Shown here: one piece after another, positions 18,792 through 26,795 of the stretch
Position numbering within the stretch: the stretch's first letter is position 1
How the letters are laid out: the number at the start of each line of letters is the position of its first letter
From: an uncultured Cytophagaceae bacterium
Lineage (GTDB): Bacteria; Bacteroidota; Bacteroidia; Cytophagales; Spirosomataceae
Assembly (NCBI GenBank): GCA_903907915.1
Contig: CAIVPV010000187.1
Location: 1 to 37,928, forward strand
Direction: 5' to 3'
Length of the DNA stretch: 37,928 bases
The notes under the pieces: generated by a model
Told to the model about the DNA's origin: nothing
The model's input: only the letters and a program-made list of their open reading frames with translations
Databases searched by the model: none
Made by a program: the position numbers and the translations under genes

Positions 18792-20195
18792 TTATAAAAA
18801 TTCTCTTGGGTCAGTTACTACACCCGTAATTGCAGCCGCAGCAGCGACTAAAGGACTCGCTAATAAAGTACGAGATCCTGGACCTTGGCGGCCTTCAAAA
18901 TTACGATTAGACGTACTTACCGCATATTTACCTGCAGGTATCTTATCATCATTCATCGCTAAACAAGCCGAACATCCTGGCTGACGTAAAGCAAATCCTG
19001 CTTCTGTTAAAATATCGTAAATACCTTCTTCTCTAATTTGCGCTTCCACCACGTGAGAACCAGGAACAACCCAAGCCGTTACATGTTCCGCTTTCTTACG
19101 ACCTTTTACAATCGAAGCGAAGGCACGGAAATCTTCAATTCGTCCATTTGTACAAGATCCAATAAATACATAATCCACTTTTTTACCTATCATCGAATCA
19201 TTTTGAGCAAAGCCCATATATTCTAATGACTTTTCATAAGTAGCTACACCACCTTCTATGTCAACTGCATTAGGAATATGCTTCGAAATACCCATTCCCA
19301 TTCCTGGATTCGTACCGTAGGTAATCATTGGTTCAATATCAGACGCTAAGAAAGTAATTTCCTCATCAAATGTAGCACTGGCATCGGTCTTCAAGGTCTT
19401 CCAATAAGCTAATTGTTTGTCCCAATCAGCCCCTTTAGGAGCTAATTCGCGACCATGGATATAGTCAAATGTGGTTTGGTCCGGAGCAATCATTCCACCA
19501 CGAGCACCCATCTCAATACTTAAATTACAAACCGTCATACGGCCTTCCATGGACATTTTTTCAAAAACATCCCCAGCATATTCTACGAAATAACCGGTAG
19601 CGCCAGACGTAGTTAATTTAGAGATAATATATAAAGCCACATCCTTAGGTGTAACACCTTTTCCTAATACCCCATTCACGTTAATACGCATTTTCATAGG
19701 CTTAGGCTGCATAATGCATTGAGACGAAAGGACCATCTCGACTTCTGATGTGCCTATTCCAAAGGCAATAGCACCAAAAGCACCGTGTGTAGAGGTATGA
19801 GAGTCCCCGCAAACAATTGTCATACCTGGTAAGGTAATTCCGTTTTCAGGTCCTACCACGTGAACAATTCCATTCTTAGGATTACCTAAACCCCAATGAG
19901 AAATACCATACTTCGCTGTATTTTTCTCCAATTGCAATAGTTGATTCGCAGAAAGCGGATCTTCAACCGGCAAATGTTGGTTAATAGTAGGCGTATTATG
20001 ATCCGCTGTAGCAAACGTACGTTCGGGGGATAAAACACCAATACCACGTGTTAATAGACCTAAGAAGGCAACGGGGGAAGTCACTTCATGAATAAAATGA
20101 CGGTCAATGAAGAAAACATCGGGACCATCAGCAATTTTACGAACGACATGTGAATCCCATACTTTATCAAATAAGGTTGTTGGGGAATTGCTCAT
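18792..20195 (-). CDS. leuC: 3-isopropylmalate dehydratase large subunit
   Basis: [60 protein letters not shown]. Start moved to ATG 20195 (MSNSPTT). Confidence 0.97.
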   Translation of the reverse strand: MSNSPTTLFDKVWDSHVVRKIADGPDVFFIDRHFIHEVTSPVAFLGLLTRGIGVLSPERTFATADHNTPTINQHLPVEDPLSANQLLQLEKNTAKYGISHWGLGNPKNGIVHVVGPENGITLPGMTIVCGDSHTSTHGAFGAIAFGIGTSEVEMVLSSQCIMQPKPMKMRINVNGVLGKGVTPKDVALYIISKLTTSGATGYFVEYAGDVFEKMSMEGRMTVCNLSIEMGARGGMIAPDQTTFDYIHGRELAPKGADWDKQLAYWKTLKTDASATFDEEITFLASDIEPMITYGTNPGMGMGISKHIPNAVDIEGGVATYEKSLEYMGFAQNDSMIGKKVDYVFIGSCTNGRIEDFRAFASIVKGRKKAEHVTAWVVPGSHVVEAQIREEGIYDILTEAGFALRQPGCSACLAMNDDKIPAGKYAVSTSNRNFEGRQGPGSRTLLASPLVAAAAAITGVVTDPREFL

Positions 20196-20238
20196 TATAT
20201 ACGTTAATTTTAAAGGCGCTTTAATTATAATTAAGCTA

Positions 20239-20270
20239 CAAAAATCGCGTTTTTTTTGCAAAAATGCAAA
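20239..20270 (-). promoter_or_regulatory. Candidate leu operon promoter (-33 TTTG, 20-nt spacer, -7 variant GATTTTTG)
   Basis: Minus strand TTTG-CATTTTTGCAAAAAAAACGC-GATTTTTG; one mismatch to TAnnTTTG, canonical spacing. Confidence 0.45.
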
Positions 20271-20347
20271 GCAAATACCCTGTTAAATGGGGATTTTGCC
20301 AAATAAAATACCGAAAATTAGAAGAAGGGGGAAATAAAAACGAAGGC

Positions 20348-21400
20348 TTATTTAATCGAATTACCAATTCCTACGATAATCACAGAAATTAAAATAACCG
20401 CAATTCCTCCCATAACCGTTCTCATTGTCTTAGAAGAAACACCTTTCCATTCTTTAAAATAAAGTCCCCAAAAATTCGAGGTAATGATAATGGTGGCCAT
20501 GTGAAGAATCCAAGAACTAGCTCCATTCCCTAATTTACTTTCTCCCATTCCGTAAAAAAAGAATTGAAGAAACCAGGTGGTACCAGCCACGGCAGCAAAT
20601 AAATAGTTCAACCGAAGCGGGGCTTTAGCATTTAAATAATCACCAAAGGACTTATTCGAAAAATTCAAGTACATACAGTAAACGAAATTCGTCAAAAACC
20701 CACCCCAAAGAACCACAATGAAAATAACATTATTTTGAAATAACGGATCACAACCTTTAGCTACCGCCACAGCCGCCATATCCTTTCCAGCTTCGATACC
20801 GAAATTAAAACAGGCGGAACATAAACCAGAGATAATGGCTACGATTAATCCTTTGGTCAGACTAAACTCCTTAATCGTTTCTTGTTTTTGCTCCTGTGAT
20901 AATTCTCCCTCTTTCATCATTCCTGCTTTTCCACACAGAAAAATACCAAATACACAGACCAAAATCCCCAATAAAACCACTTGACCTCCCGTACTTCCTG
21001 CAATATGTGAAATCGTGTCTCCATCCACTCCTGCCAACTCCCGATAGATAGGCGGAACTAAAGCTCCGAAAATACTGCACAAACTTAACGCAATCGACAT
21101 GCCTAAAGACATCCCTAAATAACGCATCGCTAATCCAAAGGTCAAGCCACCGATCCCCCACAAAACACCAAAAACAAAGGTCCAAAAAAATGTATCAGAA
21201 TCAATGGTTTGAATAATATTCATAAAATCTGGAATGGTCAACCAAGCAGCCAAGATAGGCACAATTAACCACGAGAAAACCCCGCCCACTATCCAGGCAC
21301 TCTCCCATGACCATACTTGAATCTTCCGATAAGGAATGTAAAAACTACCTGAAGCAAATCCACCTAAGGAGTGAAAGAAAAGACCTAATATCGAACCCAT
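20348..21400 (-). CDS. rhaT: L-rhamnose/proton symporter RhaT
   Basis: About 10 TM segments; GSFYIPY, WSWESAW, GVLWGIGGLTFG, RYLGMSLG, WFLQFFFYGMG, SWILHM, KEWKG. Confidence 0.9.
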   Translation of the reverse strand: MGSILGLFFHSLGGFASGSFYIPYRKIQVWSWESAWIVGGVFSWLIVPILAAWLTIPDFMNIIQTIDSDTFFWTFVFGVLWGIGGLTFGLAMRYLGMSLGMSIALSLCSIFGALVPPIYRELAGVDGDTISHIAGSTGGQVVLLGILVCVFGIFLCGKAGMMKEGELSQEQKQETIKEFSLTKGLIVAIISGLCSACFNFGIEAGKDMAAVAVAKGCDPLFQNNVIFIVVLWGGFLTNFVYCMYLNFSNKSFGDYLNAKAPLRLNYLFAAVAGTTWFLQFFFYGMGESKLGNGASSWILHMATIIITSNFWGLYFKEWKGVSSKTMRTVMGGIAVILISVIIVGIGNSIK

Positions 21401-21531
21401 ATCTATTTAATTAATTGTAAATGTATAATAACCACCACAAGGGTTTGAAATGCCTAATAGAATAAATAATTTGATTTTGATAAGGTTTAAAGCTAAAATC
21501 CCACTAAACTAGCATTATAAATTGAATATTT

Positions 21532-23586
21532 ATGTATAAAAGACTACTGTTCTTTGCTATCATTGCCCTCGCTTTCTCTTCATCAGATGATTGGGCGGAA
21601 TACTTAGGCGGTGCTGACAGAAATCATTATTCCACGCTGACACAAATTAATCCTACCAATTTAGATCAAGTAAAAGTAGCTTGGGAATATAGCCTACCTG
21701 ATTCAGGTCAAATGCAAGTAAATCCACTTATCATAAAAGGAATCCTCTACGGAGTTAGTGCCTCAGTTCAGGCATTTGCATTAGATGCGGGTTCTGGACG
21801 TGAAATTTGGCGATTTGGAGATCCAGTGAAGAATTGGTCGAGTACATCCAGAGGGGTAAGTTATTGGACAAATGGAATTGAAAAACGAATCTTATATACG
21901 GCTGGACCTAATCTTTGGGCATTGAATGCGGAGACAGGAAAACCGATTTCCAGTTTTGGCGATCAAGGTAAAATTGATCTTCATCTAGGATTACCCGCCA
22001 TAGCTGCTAATAAATTCATCATTTCTAATACACCAGGGACTATCTATCGCAATCTTATAATCATGCCCGTACGCTTATCAGAAGGTGCAGATGCTGCCCC
22101 TGGTGATATACGCGCTTTTGATGTAATCACCGGGAAATTAGTTTGGACTTTTCATACCATCCCATATCCAGGTGAAAAAGGATATACTACATGGCCAAAG
22201 GATGCCTATAAAAATACCCATACTGGTGCCGCCAATAATTGGGCAGGCATGGCAGTAGATAATGAAAAAGGGATTCTTTTTGTTCCTACCGGTTCAGCAG
22301 GATACGATTTTTATGGAGGAAATAGAAAAGGAAGTAATTTATATTCGAATTGTCTACTAGCATTAGATGCAAAAACAGGCAAGCGTATATGGCATTTTCA
22401 AACCACGCACCACGATTTATGGGATCGAGATTTACCAGCGCCGCCTAATTTAATTACGGTAACACACAGAGGAAAAAAGATTTCAGCCGTAGCCCAAATA
22501 AGCAAACAAGGATTTGTCTTTCTTTTTGACCGAGAAAGCGGAAAACCTCTTTTTCCTATTGTTGAGAAAAAGGTTTCAGCATCTACACTTAAGGGTGAAA
22601 AAGCTTGGTTAACACAACCCTTTCCTACCCTTCCAAAACCATATGCAAGATTATCTTCTGAAATAGGATTGAATGACATTTCACCCTATGCAGAGAATAG
22701 AGAAGAATTATTAAGTACGTTAGCGCTAGTAAATAGAGCATGGCATGCAGCACCGTCAGAAAAAGGGAATCTAATTTTACCAGGATATGATGGCGGTGGA
22801 GAATGGGGAGGCGCCGCAGCTGACCCCCAGGGTATTTTATATGTCAATAGTAACGAAATGGGCTGGATTCAAACCATGGTACCAGCGGCACTCGTCCATA
22901 ATCCAGCAGCAAAAGCTTACCAAAGCAATTGCATATCTTGTCATGGTACAGACAAAAAGGGGAATCCATTAAGTGGCTATCCATCGCTTGTTGATATTTC
23001 TTCTAGAAAATCGAGAACCTACATTCAACAAATCATTAACAATGGCAAAGGGATGATGCCTGGGTTTAGCCACCTCTCTTCTTCTGAAAAAGAAAATATC
23101 CTAGCCTATATCCTAAATGAAATTCCGAAAGAAGTAGTCTCCTCTAAAACAAAAGGGTATCAACCCCCTTACCAGATGACTGGATATAATAAATTCTTGG
23201 ATTCAAAAGGCTTACCAGCTATAACTCCGCCCTGGGGAACTCTTAATGCGATTGATTTAAATACGGGAAAATACCTTTGGAAAATACCATTTGGTGATGA
23301 ACCTGCCTTAGCTCAAAAAGGCATTACCGGAACAGGAGCCGAGAATTACGGAGGTCCATTAATTACCGCAAGCGGCCTATTAGTTATAGGAGCGGCTAAA
23401 GATGGTAAATTACGATTCTATGAAAGTAAAACAGGAAAGCTGCTACGGGCCATACAATTGCCAGCAGCAGCTTTCGCGACACCATCCACCTATTTAGTGA
23501 ATGGAAAACAATTTATTGTAATCGCCTGTGGAGGAACAAAATTAGGAACTCCCAAAGGCAATAAATACATAGCTTTTAGCCTTTAA
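21532..23586 (+). CDS. Exported PQQ-dependent (quinoprotein glucose dehydrogenase-like) dehydrogenase with inserted cytochrome c domain
   Basis: Signal peptide; YSTLTQINPTNL, ALDAKTGKRIWHFQTTHHDLWDRD, GGGEWGG, PPWGTLNAID, ENYGGP; heme motif CISCH at 22930-22944 with distal MMPGF. Confidence 0.88.
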   Translation: MYKRLLFFAIIALAFSSSDDWAEYLGGADRNHYSTLTQINPTNLDQVKVAWEYSLPDSGQMQVNPLIIKGILYGVSASVQAFALDAGSGREIWRFGDPVKNWSSTSRGVSYWTNGIEKRILYTAGPNLWALNAETGKPISSFGDQGKIDLHLGLPAIAANKFIISNTPGTIYRNLIIMPVRLSEGADAAPGDIRAFDVITGKLVWTFHTIPYPGEKGYTTWPKDAYKNTHTGAANNWAGMAVDNEKGILFVPTGSAGYDFYGGNRKGSNLYSNCLLALDAKTGKRIWHFQTTHHDLWDRDLPAPPNLITVTHRGKKISAVAQISKQGFVFLFDRESGKPLFPIVEKKVSASTLKGEKAWLTQPFPTLPKPYARLSSEIGLNDISPYAENREELLSTLALVNRAWHAAPSEKGNLILPGYDGGGEWGGAAADPQGILYVNSNEMGWIQTMVPAALVHNPAAKAYQSNCISCHGTDKKGNPLSGYPSLVDISSRKSRTYIQQIINNGKGMMPGFSHLSSSEKENILAYILNEIPKEVVSSKTKGYQPPYQMTGYNKFLDSKGLPAITPPWGTLNAIDLNTGKYLWKIPFGDEPALAQKGITGTGAENYGGPLITASGLLVIGAAKDGKLRFYESKTGKLLRAIQLPAAAFATPSTYLVNGKQFIVIACGGTKLGTPKGNKYIAFSL

Positions 23587-24102
23587 TTATTCTTTAACAA
23601 TCGTGGTTGCAAATGGCTTTCCAGAAGAGATTACATGCAACACATATTTACCCACGCGAATACCAGAAAAATCACTAAATACGATCTCTTTAATCGGAGC
23701 TTCGTAGGTGTGCTGAAAGATAACAGACCCTAATTGATCATAAATAGCCACAAAAGTAGGTTTAGTACTAGGTACCGAAAAACCAATAGTTAATTTATCA
23801 ACAAATGGATTAGGAAAAGCAGTATATATGATCGGATTTTCTTCTTGTACATTTAATTTAATACCAGACGCTGCTATACTGCGAGCTAATAAAGATGGTT
23901 GTTTAAAACCTTGGCGAACTACCACTCCGCCAGAAGAAGATGTACCTGTAACGGCGCTTTGCTGACCAATAATTTGAGAATAATATTTACCCTCCACTAC
24001 CGTAGTAGCACCGCCAGCACCTATCGATGAACTAATCACCTTTTGAGAGAAGGCAAAATGCGAAAAACCAATCATCATGAATGCAATAAGAACACTTTTC
24101 AT
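23587..24102 (-). CDS. Small secreted protein with T9SS type A C-terminal sorting domain
   Basis: Signal peptide AFS-Q; CTD motifs AFPNPF, IYDQLG, GKYVLHV, terminal IVKE; short N-terminal domain ending QGFKQP. Confidence 0.85.
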   Translation of the reverse strand: MKSVLIAFMMIGFSHFAFSQKVISSSIGAGGATTVVEGKYYSQIIGQQSAVTGTSSSGGVVVRQGFKQPSLLARSIAASGIKLNVQEENPIIYTAFPNPFVDKLTIGFSVPSTKPTFVAIYDQLGSVIFQHTYEAPIKEIVFSDFSGIRVGKYVLHVISSGKPFATTIVKE

Positions 24103-24105
24103 ATA

Positions 24106-25248
24106 TTATTTTTTTAATGTAAGAATAAAATCTTCTACACTTTTACCTTCAAATTCCGAAAAATAAAAACTCAAATCCTCTGCACATTCAAAGCCAGAAT
24201 CCTTAAACAAACTCTGCAAACACGATTTTTGCAAACAACCTTGCTTAATTAAATTCTTGGCAAATTGAATCCGCAAACGATTCATTTCATCGGTGAAGTT
24301 AGTGAAAAGATAAAGTTCAAAAAAATCATTCAATACCTTTTTGTCTATTTGGACTAATTCCCCGAATTGATGCAAAGTCAAATCCGATTTCAAAAATGGT
24401 TTATCAAAGATATAACAGGCATTAATGGCTTGATCCATCTTGTAATAAAACTCATCCTGAGGGTTAAAAAAACGTTTAAATCGATCTGCATTTAAATAGA
24501 TTACCTGTGGAAATAAATACAAAGTACAAACCATGACCATATAAGCCAAAAGTGAGATATATTTTATCTCAGTAGGGTGATTTAAAAAAGAATAACCAAA
24601 CGTATTTTCTAACCATACGCCTAAAAATACTGAGCTCATTCCAACAAAAACCACTAATTGAAGTAAAAGAAAAACAAATAACCATTTTCCTGCCTGTAGC
24701 GCTTTATAAAAATAGACTACATTATTCCTTATAAAGCGAATACCCCATACCGTATAAATTGTTAATAATAAAGGACGGAATATATATAAATGGGATGCTT
24801 GAAAGAAAAAACCTAATTGAATAGAGAACATAGATGTCCAATCACTGAAGACTTGACTAACTACGCCAACTTTATAGGCATAAGGCGATATATAATAGGG
24901 TATCGTATCTAGAAAAACGAGAATAAAGGGAATAAAATGCCAAAAATCACCCCCACTTATTTTCGTATTTCCACTTCTCAAACTGCGTAGATAAAAGTAG
25001 ATCAGCGGACCAATTAAGAAGTATATAGAAGAAAAATTACCATATAATAAGACCGTAAACAATAGACTATGCCCTAAGGACATCGAATAAATAGTCAAAC
25101 AGTAAATCCCAGAAATGAAAAATAGAATGGCTAAATAGATATTCGGATTAGCGAATAAGGTACCCCTCGATTTCAAAAAAATGATCGAAGGCGTCATAAA
25201 ACTAGTAAATAGCGTCATGACAAAAATCGATTGAAAAAGAAACAGCAT
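24106..25248 (-). CDS. Membrane-anchored (about 7 TM) AraC-family regulator with degenerate HTH
   Basis: Multiple TM segments with FLIGPLIYFYLRS and HFIPF; C-terminal KPFLKSDLTL...NFTDEMNRLRIQFAKNL...SGF. Start uncertain (TTG 25281, ATG 25248 or ATG 25218). Confidence 0.75.
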   Translation of the reverse strand: MLFLFQSIFVMTLFTSFMTPSIIFLKSRGTLFANPNIYLAILFFISGIYCLTIYSMSLGHSLLFTVLLYGNFSSIYFLIGPLIYFYLRSLRSGNTKISGGDFWHFIPFILVFLDTIPYYISPYAYKVGVVSQVFSDWTSMFSIQLGFFFQASHLYIFRPLLLTIYTVWGIRFIRNNVVYFYKALQAGKWLFVFLLLQLVVFVGMSSVFLGVWLENTFGYSFLNHPTEIKYISLLAYMVMVCTLYLFPQVIYLNADRFKRFFNPQDEFYYKMDQAINACYIFDKPFLKSDLTLHQFGELVQIDKKVLNDFFELYLFTNFTDEMNRLRIQFAKNLIKQGCLQKSCLQSLFKDSGFECAEDLSFYFSEFEGKSVEDFILTLKK

Positions 25249-25337
25249 TATTAAGTGGTTAGTTATACTTGTAATGTACAAAATATTACCGAACCAATAC
25301 CTAAAAGAGTTAAATTACCACTATATCAAATTAGATA

Positions 25338-26591
25338 ATGAAACTAAACAAAAAATTCTCCCGCTTTTGGAAACTATTAGGTCCTGGTTTAGTCACAGGT
25401 GCGAGTGATGATGATCCATCAGGAATAGCCACCTATTCACAAGCAGGGGCAAGTTTAGGTTTGTCGACACTTTGGACCGCCTTAATTGCCTTCCCTTTAA
25501 TGGCAGCTATCCAACAGATGTGTGCTAGAATCGGCTTAGTAACGAAACAAGGTTTAACGGGTACACTTAAAAAACATTACCCAAAGCCCGTATTATACCT
25601 AATGCTCTTATTTAGTTTCCCAGCTATCATCATGAATATCGGAGCTGACATTGCCGGTATGGGAGCTGTAGGAAATTTATTATTCCCAGCCGTTGATCAA
25701 AGTTATTTTAGCGTCTTGTTCACCATCGTTTTAATCGGACTTATCATTTATTTACCTTATACTAAAATCGCCGCTACTTTAAAGTACTTATGCATTGTCA
25801 TGCTGGTCTATTTTGTAGTTCCATTTTTATATAAACAAGATTTAAAAGAGATTCTCTTAGCCACTTTTGTCCCTACTATTCAATTCAATAAAGAATACAT
25901 CGCCATCTTAGTGGGAATTCTTGGGACAACCATTTCACCATATTTGTTTTTTTGGCAAGCATCCGTAGAGGTAGAAGAAATGAATGTCAGAAACACGCTA
26001 ATCGTCAATAAAAAAATCATTGATGATATGGAAAAAGATGTTGATTTCGGCATGGGATTTTCTGGATTTGTTATGTATTTCATTATTCTAACCACAGGAA
26101 CCGTCTTATTTAAAAGCGGGATTCACTCAATAGACACCGTTGAACAAGCAGCCATGGCCTTGAAACCTCTAGCAGGTGATATGGCTTATTTACTATTTGC
26201 CATTGGAATTATAGGAACGGGGCTTATTGCCATTCCCGTGTTAAGTGGGTCGCTTTCGTATATATTCACTGAAACTTTTGGGTGGGAACAAGGATTGAAT
26301 AAGAAATTTCATGAGGCCAAAGGCTTCTATACCATCATTGCTTTCTCTTTAATTTTAGGCTTGTCATTAAATTACATCGGCATCTCTCCAATTGATGCCT
26401 TAATTTATACAGCCATTTTATATGGAATTACGGCACCGGTTTTAATTGCCATCATTTTACATATCTCTAATAACAAGGAAATTATGGGTGAAAATACCAA
26501 TAGCAAGCTTTCAAATGTGCTGGGAATTTCCGCTTTTATTATCATGACATTAGCAGCAGGGGCATTACTATATTTAGAATTTTTAGCCTAA
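25338..26591 (+). CDS. NRAMP-related divalent metal transporter
   Basis: LGPGLVTGASDDDPSGIATYSQAG, QQMCARIG, NIGADI, GTTISPYLFFWQ; about 11 TM segments. Confidence 0.9.
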   Translation: MKLNKKFSRFWKLLGPGLVTGASDDDPSGIATYSQAGASLGLSTLWTALIAFPLMAAIQQMCARIGLVTKQGLTGTLKKHYPKPVLYLMLLFSFPAIIMNIGADIAGMGAVGNLLFPAVDQSYFSVLFTIVLIGLIIYLPYTKIAATLKYLCIVMLVYFVVPFLYKQDLKEILLATFVPTIQFNKEYIAILVGILGTTISPYLFFWQASVEVEEMNVRNTLIVNKKIIDDMEKDVDFGMGFSGFVMYFIILTTGTVLFKSGIHSIDTVEQAAMALKPLAGDMAYLLFAIGIIGTGLIAIPVLSGSLSYIFTETFGWEQGLNKKFHEAKGFYTIIAFSLILGLSLNYIGISPIDALIYTAILYGITAPVLIAIILHISNNKEIMGENTNSKLSNVLGISAFIIMTLAAGALLYLEFLA

Positions 26592-26623
26592 AAAAAACCA
26601 TACTCCCTTATCAAGAGTATGGT
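26590..26623 (-). terminator. Intrinsic terminator of the tRNA
   Basis: ACCATACTC/GAGTATGGT 9-bp stem followed on the minus strand by a T tract, 10 bp past the tRNA 3' end. Confidence 0.8.
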
Positions 26624-26633
26624 AAAAAAAGTG

Positions 26634-26707
26634 TGGACCAGCATGGGCTCGAACCATGGACCCCCTGATTATGAGTCAGATGCTCTAACCAACTGAGCTA
26701 CAAGTCC
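26634..26707 (-). tRNA. tRNA with CAT anticodon, most likely tRNA-Ile2 (lysidine); CCA not encoded
   Basis: Minus strand GGACTTG-TAGCTCAGTTGGTTAGAGCA-TCTGA-CTCATAA-TCAGG-GGGTC-CATGG-TTCGAGC-CCATG-CTGGTCC-A. G1-C72 is paired and the anticodon stem lacks GGG/CCC, so it is not an initiator. Ile2 versus elongator Met is inferred from resemblance. Confidence 0.93.
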
Positions 26708-26743
26708 GCATTGTACATCCTTTAAAAGGAATTCAATGTGACA

Positions 26744-26751
26744 CAAAATTA
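26744..26751 (-). promoter_or_regulatory. -7 box TAATTTTG for the tRNA
   Basis: Exact TAnnTTTG match 36 bp upstream of tRNA G1. Confidence 0.6.
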
Positions 26752-26795
26752 AGGAATACTAACCTTTTTAGCTAAATTTCGGAAAAGAATATCCC

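Noticed and set aside
20196-20347. Leu/Ile attenuator leader peptide or riboswitch upstream of leuC
   Set aside because: No Leu- or Ile-rich short ORF and no terminator/antiterminator pair. The TTAATTATAATTAA palindrome at 20221-20234 is AT-only and weak evidence in this genome.
21401-26633. Genomic island integrated at the tRNA 3' end
   Set aside because: No integrase and no duplicate of the tRNA 3' end seen by eye; the tRNA keeps its own terminator.
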